From positions 1 to 27,369 of the IMG/VR virus record IMGVR_UViG_3300017655_000259: a stretch of 27,369 bases of DNA. The stretch is one strand, 5' to 3'. The stretch comes from a virus (lineage: Duplodnaviria; Caudoviricetes). The notes under the pieces were generated by a model. That model worked only from the letters and a program-made list of their open reading frames with translations, had not been told where the DNA came from and searched no databases. Made by a program: the position numbers and the translations under genes. Of the stretch, positions 8,270-16,970 are shown piece by piece (position 1 is the stretch's first letter; each line of letters begins with the position of its first letter).

Positions 8270-8965
8270 TCAGCGCCCTACCGGCTCGACCAGATCAAGA
8301 ACGACATTGCCGAGGCGGCCAGCCTTCAGCGGCAGGGTGCCGGTGTCATCGGCAGCCAACCGCCAGAGACATTCCGCATCGAAATTGACCTCATCATCTG
8401 TCGATACGGCCTGCCTCAACGGCGGCGACACGTTCACGACACGCTGAGTGCCCGGATTGTCCAGATCAATCGGATCTTCGATGCTGTCGATCACATAGAG
8501 CCAGGAATTGATGGAGAAGAAGGTCCCCGGCACCAACGGGATGCTGGTGTCGAGAATGATCTGCGAGGAGCCAGCCGCAGCCGAGGCAACCAGAGGGGCG
8601 GTGCCGCCGGCCAGTCGATAGCCAGTGTCATCCGAAAAATAAGCGCCGTCGGAATGCGGGACACCGCGACCAGAGATTGGCGTCGCGCCCATCTCGCGAC
8701 GGGAAACCCGATACCGGTCGCAGATACTCGTCCGCAGGTAGTTGTAGCGCCCCTGTAGCTGAGCCAGGACGACCCGAAGCGACCGAGCCTGATCCTCGCG
8801 CCGGATGCGGATATTGACGCTCCACACCCAGCGCTGGGTCAAAGGCGAGATGATCTGCTCGATGCCTGAGAGAGTGACTCCGCCCGAGCGCGTAGTGGCG
8901 ATGAGTTGGGGGTCATTCCTATCACCGATCGACAGGTTCCCGGGCAGGTCAATTATATCGGGCAT
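8270..8965 (-). CDS. Distal tail protein (Dit-like)
   Basis: 231 aa, directly downstream of the tape measure gene; ends VNVSPPLR...LDLVEP. Confidence 0.65.
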   Translation of the reverse strand: MPDIIDLPGNLSIGDRNDPQLIATTRSGGVTLSGIEQIISPLTQRWVWSVNIRIRREDQARSLRVVLAQLQGRYNYLRTSICDRYRVSRREMGATPISGRGVPHSDGAYFSDDTGYRLAGGTAPLVASAAAGSSQIILDTSIPLVPGTFFSINSWLYVIDSIEDPIDLDNPGTQRVVNVSPPLRQAVSTDDEVNFDAECLWRLAADDTGTLPLKAGRLGNVVLDLVEPVGR

Positions 8966-10505
8966 TCTTTTCCGCCGTCCGACCCTGAAGGTTGTTGTCG
9001 TAGGTCTTCACGCCTGAGGCGGTGACGGCCGTCGAGACGTTCTTGGCCCGGTTATCGATACGGACATCGAGCATGTTGTCGTTGAGGATGACGTTCACGT
9101 CGATGGTGCCACCCGTACCGCCGGCGGCCAGTGTCGGCATGCTCGGCGCCCGTAGCTCGACAGGGACTTGTCCACCAGCCGGAAGCGGTATGACCGCCTC
9201 TTGGCCGTGCACTACACCACGAGCCTCGCCCCGCTTGCCGCCGGTGTTCGCTGTGCCGGAGGCAAAGCCGAACAGTGACCCAATTAGCCCCAACGGATTG
9301 AAACCACCGCCGCCACCTCCGAACACAGAGTTCAGAGCGATATCGAGAAGCTTGTCGCCGATGCGCCCCAAGGCATTACCCAACGCCTCAGCAGCAGACG
9401 TCCCAGCAACGAGATCAGAGATGAAGCCCTTCGTCACCTCTTGGCCGAGAGAGAGCCATTCGCGCATCCCGTCTCGAACCCGATCCTGCTGTTCCTGCAA
9501 GCGCGCGGCTTGGGCCGTCGCCTGCGCATAGCCTTCCGCCAGCTCGACAATCGCCTTCTTGCGGTCGTCGGTAAGAGCGAGGCCATTCTTGGTGGCGGCG
9601 TTCTCAAGTTCCTGCTGAGTGCGGAGCTTTTCCAGAGCGTACCCATAGTCATTCACCAAGGGGTTGAGTTCAGCCCGAGCCTTTGTCTCGGCGATCAGCA
9701 TCTCGGTGCGGCGCTTTTGCTGATCGAGGGCATCTTGGAATTTCTCACCAGCCGACTTGCCCGACGATCTAGGCGTCACGGGCTTAACTGTCCCTCCGTC
9801 TCCAGACAGGTTTGGACCGAAATCATTCTTAACCTGACGCCACGACGGGAACGCCCCAACCTCGTCGGTTGCCTGGGCGGCTGCCGAGGCGGCATTGGCG
9901 GCGTCGCGGAGGTTGATGAACCAGGTGATCGCGGCAGAGATCTTGTCCTGCATCTTGGCGAAGCTCGGATCGACCTCCCCCAATGCCACAATGGCCTCGT
10001 TCGCCGAGGCCATCGTCCCGCGCCCCTCGAGGATCTGTTTCACCAGGTCCTGAAAAGCATCGTCAACCTCGCCGAAGTGCCCCTTCGTGTTCAGTGCCAT
10101 CGCAGCGACGGCCTGCTCAGCCTCGCCCAGCGCGCCTTCGTACTCGGGAACCACATCCTGAATACCCTTCATGCCCTGAATGGCATCATCGAACATCTGC
10201 CCGAAGTTGCGACTTGACAGGTATTCGAGGGCTCGACCGATGCGCTCAAGGTCGCGGGCATCGGCAGAGAGGGTCTTGCCCATCTCATCGCCGAGCCCTT
10301 TGAAGACAGTGTCAAACCACGACTCTTCCGGCGCCTGCTTGATGGCGTCCGCAATCTTGACCATGGCTTCGGCCAAGCGGCTGCTCGATCCAACCGCCTT
10401 ATCCGCCTCACCGACGAATACGAGAACAGCATTCCCAAGGCGGGTGAAGCCGTCAGCAACCGTAGCCGGCATAGCGTCGGCTTCGGCCTGCAATTGTTCG
10501 AGCTG
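8949..10505 (-). pseudogene. Tape measure protein, C-terminal ~515 aa (N-terminus deleted)
   Basis: Ala/Glu-rich helical sequence with GFASGTANTGG..RGVVHGQEAVIP C-terminal motif; begins mid-domain at QLEQLQAEADAMPATVADGF. Confidence 0.85.
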
Positions 10506-10666
10506 ATGCTTTCGGCCAGCGCGCCGGTGTCACGCGGAACGAGAGACTTGGCGAGCGCCACGACCTCGTTGGCGCTGACCTCCATGGCAGCGCGAATTTC
10601 GGCCTCAACCGCCGCCGGAAACGTGCGCAGCTTACGCTTGAGCCGATCGAGCCCCTGAATGGTCAT
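10506..10666 (-). pseudogene. HK97 gp10-like tail completion protein, N-terminal fragment
   Basis: MTIQGLDRLKRKL...AKSLVPRDTGALAESI motif, then runs out of frame into tape measure DNA. Confidence 0.8.
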
Positions 10667-11046
10667 GAAGGCCGTCCCGCCACCACCAGATACTCGATCC
10701 ACTGCCGCTTGCCGTCGGGATCAGTGCCCGGGGCCACGATATTGTAGAACAGGTTCGGTTCCTCATCGGTAAAGCCGGCGCGCTCGTCGACGAGGCGCCA
10801 TGCCGGCGTCACATTGAGCATGCGCTCCGAGAACCGCACCGTGACGACATACGGCTGGTTGCCTTGCAGGCGCGCCGCAGTGACGCTTTCCCCGCCCGTG
10901 CGAGGAGCCATGGCGGCGGCCAGAGAGAACGCGGTTTCGAACGCCCCGCCCGGCACCTGGTTGCCGAACCCGTCATCAACCATAGGCCGGTTCTGGAAGG
11001 CCAGCCGATAGCGCAGGGCGCCGAAGCGACGGTTGCCATCAGCCAT
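10663..11046 (-). CDS. Head closure / head-tail adaptor (SPP1 gp16-like)
   Basis: GALRYRLAFQ..DDGFGN..G.ESV.AARLQG.QP..VTVR...WRLVD motifs; position in the operon. Confidence 0.85.
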   Translation of the reverse strand: MADGNRRFGALRYRLAFQNRPMVDDGFGNQVPGGAFETAFSLAAAMAPRTGGESVTAARLQGNQPYVVTVRFSERMLNVTPAWRLVDERAGFTDEEPNLFYNIVAPGTDPDGKRQWIEYLVVAGRPS

Positions 11047-11272
11047 TATTATCTTCTCCGAAGGCAACAAGCTTGGCAGCGACCTCAATCAGCACCACCG
11101 CGCCGCCATCCTTCTCGACCACCTCCCAACCATCGGGGCCGGCATAGCCTTTCATGGGCTGGTGAATGGTCACGCCGATGACGCCTGCCATTTGCTCGCC
11201 ACCGACGAAAACCTTGAAAAACCTACGGTTGGCAGACTTCGTGATCCGGACATTGGGCTCAGGAACCGGCAC
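11039..11272 (-). CDS. Hypothetical protein
   Basis: GTG 11272 with purine-rich RBS; overlaps both neighbours. Confidence 0.5.
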   Translation of the reverse strand: MPVPEPNVRITKSANRRFFKVFVGGEQMAGVIGVTIHQPMKGYAGPDGWEVVEKDGGAVVLIEVAAKLVAFGEDNNG

Positions 11273-11492
11273 GGCGAGCCCCCTTCCTGCCCTTGGCCGC
11301 GATGGTGGCCGCAACGCCTGCCGGTGGCGCGGCAATCTCCACCAGCACCGCCTTGCCAAGGTTCAACGCCTTCTCGGCGCACTCCAGGCGCACGAACGCG
11401 ACCTGGCCTGCCCGATACGCGATGGTCGACATGGGTGAGGGTTTCCAATCCCAGTCCACAAGGAACCGGACGCGACGGCCTGAGAGTGTCAT
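11259..11492 (-). CDS. Small hypothetical head-region protein
   Basis: 77 aa, AGGAG RBS; VRFLVDWDWKP..TIAYRAG motif. Confidence 0.65.
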   Translation of the reverse strand: MTLSGRRVRFLVDWDWKPSPMSTIAYRAGQVAFVRLECAEKALNLGKAVLVEIAAPPAGVAATIAAKGRKGARRAGS

Positions 11493-11501
11493 CTGGCGCT
11501 C

Positions 11502-11852
11502 CTATGCGAGCGAAGGTTTCCGCAGGCGCCAGAGAAGCGCCGCGATGGGGTTCTTTGGATTGTCGGCGCCGGCTGTTCCGGTGAGTCCGGACAGCATGGC
11601 CATCGACTCCTCGCTGTCGTCGAGCAAGCACTTCACGGCCATGATTATGGCGGCCGTCACCTGGCCGGGGACCGTGGTGTCCGTCCATTCTGGATCGGGC
11701 TTTGGCTGAACGAAGTCGAGAACGATAGCCTCAGCCTGTGCGATCTTGAGTTCGATATCCGGCGTGCGCTCGTCGGCGGCGTAGCCGGGCTGAGAGCCCT
11801 GAAGGTCGAGGCGCAGAGCATCGTTGACCTGCTTCAGTGTCACGAGAGCCAT
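11502..11852 (-). CDS. Head-tail connector (HK97 gp6-like)
   Basis: LVTL.QV..ALRLD...I..AEAIVLDF...VP.QV.AAI...LL..LR.P pattern; TGATG coupling to the upstream gene. Confidence 0.85.
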   Translation of the reverse strand: MALVTLKQVNDALRLDLQGSQPGYAADERTPDIELKIAQAEAIVLDFVQPKPDPEWTDTTVPGQVTAAIIMAVKCLLDDSEESMAMLSGLTGTAGADNPKNPIAALLWRLRKPSLA

Positions 11853-12862
11853 CAACTCACCTTGACCGGCTGGGGGGCCGCCTTCTCCTTCAGGACGCCA
11901 TCCTTGCCGTTCTGGCCTTTCTTGACCGCGAGCCGCCAGTCATCGCTCTGGTCAGGCTTCGCGCCGGTCTCCTTCTGGCAGATCCAGTACGAGCCGCCCC
12001 AGGTGACACCGTCGCCGGGCTGGTACTTGCGACCATCATGATAGACGCCGCGATCGAGCATCACGGGGAGCGTGAAAGCGAACTCCTTCACCTTGTCCCC
12101 ATTGGCGAAGCGGAACGTGAATGACCGGGCGCCATCGTGGATCACTTCGAGATCGTCGAACCCGAGGCCATCCAGCCCATCTTTCGGGCGGGGAATGGCA
12201 TCGACCATTTCCTTGATGCGGCGCTCGATAGCGACCTCATCGGCATCACGACCGACAACCTGGCCGAGTTCCTTGATCTCGCCATTCGAAAGCGTCAGCA
12301 CCAGCTTGCCGTCGCGGTCGATCAGCGCGCCTGCCACTCCGACACCATCCTTGCCATCCTCCGGCACCGGCAGGCCTCGTACAGCCGTATCCATAGCCGT
12401 GGAGACGAGTTCCGTCACCATCGGGACCAAGTCCTCTGCGGTAACGCTCTTGCCGTCCTGAGGCTCAGGAATGGCCGCAATAGCGCCATCAAGCACGGGC
12501 CGCACGATGTCGGAGAGCATTTGCCGGATTTGTTCAGGGTCCGGCTCGTATGGTTCAGGCGCGACAGGCTCGGGCGGCGGCAGTTCGGCGACTTCATCGG
12601 CCACGATCTGGCGGACCTCGTCCATATCCACGGCGCGCGGTTCAATACGGGACCCGACGTCAGCCACAGCGGCATCGATCAACCGCGCCACGGCTTCCAT
12701 ATCCACCTCGCCCGGGTCGCCCTTCTCAGGCACGGGCTGCTCGGCGATCTGTCGTTCGAGCGCGACGATGCGTTCGGCCAGCGGCTGCACGGAGGCGGCC
12801 ACGAACTCGCGGAGCGTCGGCGCGATGCCCTTCATGAGCAAAGCGATGTCCGAGTGCTTCAT
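11852..12862 (-). CDS. Portal-associated head protein with GKDG repeats
   Basis: DGKDG/PKDG repeats and RGVY..G..Y.PGDGVTWGGSYW.C...W.LAVKKG..G.D C-terminus, as in the gene following the portal in HK97-like lambdoid prophages. Confidence 0.75.
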   Translation of the reverse strand: MKHSDIALLMKGIAPTLREFVAASVQPLAERIVALERQIAEQPVPEKGDPGEVDMEAVARLIDAAVADVGSRIEPRAVDMDEVRQIVADEVAELPPPEPVAPEPYEPDPEQIRQMLSDIVRPVLDGAIAAIPEPQDGKSVTAEDLVPMVTELVSTAMDTAVRGLPVPEDGKDGVGVAGALIDRDGKLVLTLSNGEIKELGQVVGRDADEVAIERRIKEMVDAIPRPKDGLDGLGFDDLEVIHDGARSFTFRFANGDKVKEFAFTLPVMLDRGVYHDGRKYQPGDGVTWGGSYWICQKETGAKPDQSDDWRLAVKKGQNGKDGVLKEKAAPQPVKVS

Positions 12863-14160
12863 CAGGCGGCCCTCTGTGGCTTTGGGAGCGCCAGCACGGG
12901 CGCCATGACCTTGAACTCTGCCTCCAGTATCGCGCGAGCGGCATCCTGAGCGGCGGCAGGCGTCATCTCAGGCTCCTCGTCGGCGGCTGGCGCCGGCGAC
13001 GAACCGCCACCAGTTCCGAATGGATCGTCCTGCTGGTCGCGCTTCTGGAGTGCCGTAAGGCTGAAGTTCTGCTGCTGGAGATAGACGTCGGCGCCACCCG
13101 TGGTTTTGCCCAGCCCGAGCCGGCGGCGCATCTCATCGATAGTCATGATCCCGGCGGCCTTGTCGAGCACGTCCATTTGCGTGACCGAGTCCATCCGCAG
13201 GAGGTTGTCGATATCGAACTCGGTGCCCAGGCTCTCGCCCGTGTTCAGCCCCTCGTCGAGGCATAGCTCTATGGCCTCAATCAGCACCTGGAGCGCCTGG
13301 GAGTAGTACTCGACGTTGAGCGCCTGGACGTTGTTGTAGGTCGGCGCCTGGCCGATGCCGATCTTGTAGGGCGGGACGTGATAGGTGGAGCAAACCACCT
13401 CGGCTGACCACTTCAACTGCTCGATGGTCTGGGCGTCGGTGTTCTTCATCGAGAGCTGCTCAAACTTGAGCCCATCACCGAGCACTGCGACCTTCCCGCG
13501 GTTGCGGCCGCCATAATTGGCCTCCCAAGAGGCCTTCATCTCCTCGGCGTCGTTCTGGTCGATATGACCAGCGGCCACGAGGATGCCGCCAGGCATGGAG
13601 CCATTCTGGTAGTACTGGGTCGAGCTGTTCTGGATCGCCAAGCCCTGCGTTGCCGCGAGCCCGTTGGCGAAAATGGGAGAGAGCCCCACCAGAGGATGGA
13701 AGAAGCAGTTGAACCGGTCGTGGATGATCTCGGAGGCCGGCACGACAACGCGCTGCTCCATGCCAACTGTCTGCTGAAACGCCAGGTCCGCCACTTCCTG
13801 TGTGGGCCCGACATAGATCATCTCGGCGCGGGGGCGCTGATTCATGAGCAGCGCCGTGATCGTCAAAGCAGCGCCCATGGTCGTCTTCGAGGACTTCTTG
13901 GGCACCATAAGCAACAGTTCCGGCACGTGCCGAACGCCATCTTGAACCGACCCGAACAGCGCACGAACGATATCGCGCTGCCATTCGCCGGCCGCGTCGC
14001 GCAACTCCGGCTGCCCCGGAACGTCCGGCAACCGCAGCTTGTTGAATATCGCCACCGCCCTGGCGGCCTCGGCGTCGTCCAAAGGCAAATCTGGGACGAT
14101 GCTCTTCCCGTCTTTCAGCCGATCGGCCCAGTCCGGGCAGGCGAAGTCCCACCCGCTCAT
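12862..14160 (-). pseudogene. In-frame fusion of terminase large subunit N-terminus (~134 aa) and HK97-family portal C-terminus (~298 aa)
   Basis: TerL motifs (IFNKLRLPDVPG, WQRDIV, PKKSSKTT, PTQEVA) join at GM to portal motifs (PASEIIHDR, LVGLSP, PGGIL, YHVPPYKIG, MTIDEMR). Confidence 0.88.
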
Positions 14161-14540
14161 TGGAGGATATCGCCCCATTCCTGCGGCGCGTCCTGCGCGT
14201 CAATATCAGCCTGTTCCTTCTTGCCCGGCTTGGGCGTCCTGGCTGCCTTCGGCGGCTTGGGGGGCACCGCCCCTGCCAGCTCGAGGAATTTGTTCTGCGC
14301 TGGCACGCTCCCACCGATCGCTGAGCGGTATCGCGCCATCATCACGTCTGCGGTCTTCTTGGCGACCGCACATTCCATCTCCACGGAAAAATGCTTCACC
14401 AGCGTCTCGACATGGATATCCATCGCCGAGGCAATTGCTTCCTTCGACATGCCTTGCGCGCGAAGGACTTGCACCTTCTCGCGGGCCTCGTCAGTGGGGA
14501 CATATTCTGGCCGTCCCCGGCCCCGTTTTGTCGTGGTCAT
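14157..14540 (-). CDS. terS: Terminase small subunit
   Basis: GRPEYVPT, HTH (IASAMDIHVETLVKHF), PGKKEQ..W; ATGA overlap with TerL; start 14540 or 14546. Confidence 0.75.
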   Translation of the reverse strand: MTTTKRGRGRPEYVPTDEAREKVQVLRAQGMSKEAIASAMDIHVETLVKHFSVEMECAVAKKTADVMMARYRSAIGGSVPAQNKFLELAGAVPPKPPKAARTPKPGKKEQADIDAQDAPQEWGDILQ

Positions 14541-14559
14541 GGTCAAATTTCAGCCGATC

Positions 14560-14635
14560 ACGAAAAAAATCCCCGAATGACGGGGTCGCCGGTGCGGGCA
14601 AGAGAGCCCTTCACGCCTCTCGATCACCCCCCCCT
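14560..14635 (-). other. Putative cos/packaging-site region
   Basis: G8 run, CCCCG-N5-CGGGG hairpin and T7 run between HNH and terS, where HK97-like phages carry cos; cut site not defined. Confidence 0.45.
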
Positions 14636-15364
14636 TCACAGCAGGAGGAGTTGCCCGAGCGGCTTGGCGCCCTTCGCCATGTTGCAGGCGCGACACGAAC
14701 ATGCCGTGTTCTCATAGGTGTGGGCACCACCGACCGACAACGGAACGATATGGTCTAGCTCAGGCGCATCTGGGTCGAAGGAGCCGCGCTTTGATCGCGG
14801 CGTCTTCCGGTTGCACATGTGACAACGCCAATGATCTCGTTCAAATACCGCGATTGGGTCTACCCTACCGACAGCGGTTGCAGTTCTGCGCTTCGCGCGC
14901 TTGGTAGGGTACCAGACACGTAATTGGCATTCCCTAGAGCAGTAGACGTTGACGCTCTGCTTAGGGATGAACGTGGTGCCACATGCTGCGCACTGTTTAG
15001 GCTCGAACGGGCCAACGCGCCTAAGGTCACGATGATGGGCGTTGAGGCACTTGGTGGAACAGAACTTGGCGTCCGCCGTCTTCCTCAGTGCCAACCGTCC
15101 GCAGTATCCACACACGATTGGGAACTGAGGTTCCAGCTTCGGCTTAGGCTTGCGCGATGCTGGTCGTCTGTTTCGATATAGTCCATCGGCTCGTCTCGCA
15201 GCGCTTTCGGCGCTCTGCTGTCGCGTCCGCGCCCGCTTACACTCAATCGAGCAGAACCGGGGGAACCGTCCAGAGGCTCGCCTCCGGATGTGAATGAACT
15301 GGCCACCACAGTAAACGCAGGATAGCGCTACCTCGGCGGACCGTATATCTAGGCCCTCAGCCAT
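14636..15364 (-). CDS. HNH endonuclease with N-terminal Cys-rich Zn repeats (homing type)
   Basis: Three CxxCG...F/YCSxxC repeats; C-terminal VFERD.W.C..C...LDHIVPLS.GG.H...N...C..CN..KG. Confidence 0.9.
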   Translation of the reverse strand: MAEGLDIRSAEVALSCVYCGGQFIHIRRRASGRFPRFCSIECKRARTRQQSAESAARRADGLYRNRRPASRKPKPKLEPQFPIVCGYCGRLALRKTADAKFCSTKCLNAHHRDLRRVGPFEPKQCAACGTTFIPKQSVNVYCSRECQLRVWYPTKRAKRRTATAVGRVDPIAVFERDHWRCHMCNRKTPRSKRGSFDPDAPELDHIVPLSVGGAHTYENTACSCRACNMAKGAKPLGQLLLL

Positions 15365-15366
15365 CT

Positions 15367-15426
15367 TCGATCCTCACTGATCGACCTTGGTTAGGGCCGG
15401 CTTGGTGTTCCACCACCTTGCCGGCC
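15367..15426 (-). promoter_or_regulatory. Two leader hairpins of the homing HNH gene, one covering the RBS
   Basis: GGCCGGC...GCCGGCC (15395-15426) and TCGATC-N6-GATCGA (15367-15384), the latter overlapping GAGGA just before ATG 15364. Confidence 0.55.
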
Positions 15427-15436
15427 TGATCTGAGT

Positions 15437-15781
15437 CTAGCTGATGGCGGAGCGTCGATCCAGCTTCTGCTTCGTGCTGTTGTGGCATGATGCGCAGAGA
15501 CAGCGCAGGTTTGCCTCGTTCCAGAATAGGCGTTCATCACCCCGGTGAGCCTCGATGTGATCGGCCACCAGCTGGGATGTGTCGACTTCGATCTTCCCGC
15601 ATTCCTGGCAGGTGAACAGATCGCGCACGAGCACGTCCATTCGCAACTTCTTCCAGCGAGCGGAGTGGTACCACCGCCGCCCGTGTTGGCGGCGCTCGCG
15701 GTCTCGGCTCCATGCTTTCTCACCACCAAACCCGATGCGGGGCCTGAGCATGTCGACCCGGCTTCTCAGCATCCGGACCAT
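15437..15781 (-). CDS. Packaging-associated HNH endonuclease (HK97 gp74-like)
   Basis: WYHSARWKKLR..VL.RD.FTCQ.CG...VADHI.AHRGD..LFW...NL.CLC..CHNS.KQ. Confidence 0.9.
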   Translation of the reverse strand: MVRMLRSRVDMLRPRIGFGGEKAWSRDRERRQHGRRWYHSARWKKLRMDVLVRDLFTCQECGKIEVDTSQLVADHIEAHRGDERLFWNEANLRCLCASCHNSTKQKLDRRSAIS

Positions 15782-15883
15782 TTAGACTACCTTGGCATCG
15801 GGGCTGTAGCGGGTGTCGCGTATCTCACGGGTGGACTTGAGCCTGGGCGCCATGGGCGAGAGGCGGGGCTTGAGGGTCTTCAT
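15782..15883 (-). pseudogene. 33-aa ORF resembling the N-terminus of another packaging HNH
   Basis: MKTLKPRLSPMAPRLKSTREIRDTRYSPDAKVV*; its stop abuts ATG 15781; parallels MLRSRVDMLRPRI of the next gene. Confidence 0.45.
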
Positions 15884-15994
15884 CGCTGAATGTCAGCAGA
15901 GCTAACCTGATTTTCTGTGCAACTCGGCGCCATTGCCTTTGCCCTCCATCAAGTCTGGGTAGAGGATCAAGTATCCACGAACGGAGACAAGCGC

Positions 15995-16294
15995 ATGCCG
16001 CCCAGAACTAACCCAGAAGACCAACGTAGTGACCTTCATAGGGCCAAGGTCGGCGTTGCCGTCCTAGCCACCTGCATCGTTGAGACCATCAACGACAGTG
16101 ACCCGAGCTTCAGGGATCGCTTCCTAAAGAAGATGGAGGAGGCTTATTACAAGCTCCGCGACGACACTGACGGCGACCAAGTCGAACAAATGGAACTGCT
16201 TGACTGGACACGATCGTTTATCACTGGTTTCGACTTCGTGGCAGGGCAAGGTGATCCATTCCTACGCAGCCAACATCCTGTCAGGAAAGGGTGA
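15995..16294 (+). CDS. Hypothetical protein, counter-oriented moron
   Basis: GGAGA RBS before ATG 15995; 99 aa; opposite strand to the late operon. Confidence 0.7.
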   Translation: MPPRTNPEDQRSDLHRAKVGVAVLATCIVETINDSDPSFRDRFLKKMEEAYYKLRDDTDGDQVEQMELLDWTRSFITGFDFVAGQGDPFLRSQHPVRKG

Positions 16295-16970
16295 AGCGGG
16301 CCGGGCGACCAACCCCGGCATCTCCACGAGGGGCGACGGAAGCCCGCTCCGTCCTCCGCTTCGACAGGGATTGAGGCGAGAGGCCATCGGCCCGTTATGG
16401 CAGCTCCACATGCGCGCTGCGGCTTACCGCTACTCGCCTCAAACTGGCAGGCCGCACCCATTTAAGGGTGACCGCGCCTCATTTGGCGCCCAGCCTGTGA
16501 GTATGTGCAAAAACTGCACAAACTGAATTAGGTGCGCCACCTGCAGATGACGACTTCGCGGAAGGGAGCTACCCGCGCCGCGCTCGCTGCCATCGACTAC
16601 CACGCCGATGGCGACCTCTGACGATTGATGAGGCGGACTAGACCACTCGCTTCCCACCCCGGCTTGATGTGCCCGCCAGTGGTCTAACGAAACCGCGTGG
16701 AACGCAGCCCCTTCCACCAACAGACCCATCTCACGGGCCTAAGCCTTGTCCGTCTGCCGCCTCAAACTGAAGGATGCCGTTAGCCCAACTCACGGGCTGA
16801 CAAGCGGTAAAACCAGCATGTAAGATCAACTTGGCCCCGCTTCGGCGGGTGCCCTTGTAATTCCGCGGACAGTTCGTCACGCTATCTGGAATGACGCCAA
16901 ATATGCCGTTTCGTGACTCATCGCTCAATGAGGTGAGAAGAGTCCGGTGATTTCCGGGCCTTTCGGCCCA
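16293..16970 (-). ncRNA. Array of structured, partly tRNA-like RNA units in the late-operon leader
   Basis: Consecutive closed multibranch folds (16293-16362, 16371-16442, 16448-16497, 16629-16764) and tetraloop hairpins; no convincing ORF. Confidence 0.5.

Noticed and set aside
2996-11046. Tailocin or gene transfer agent interpretation
   Set aside because: Tail tube and capsid are absent, and tape measure and hub are truncated, so particles could not be built from this locus alone.
13564-14580. 338-aa plus-strand ORF (and similar ones at 2026, 9441, 12137)
   Set aside because: Antisense to well-supported phage genes; composition typical of shadow frames.
16371-16442. Canonical tRNA (CAT within the middle loop)
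   Set aside because: No TTCRA T-loop, no canonical anticodon loop and no CCA; kept only as tRNA-like.
16439-16928. Small ORFs in the structured intergenic region
   Set aside because: No RBS or protein-like features; the sequence is better explained by RNA structure.
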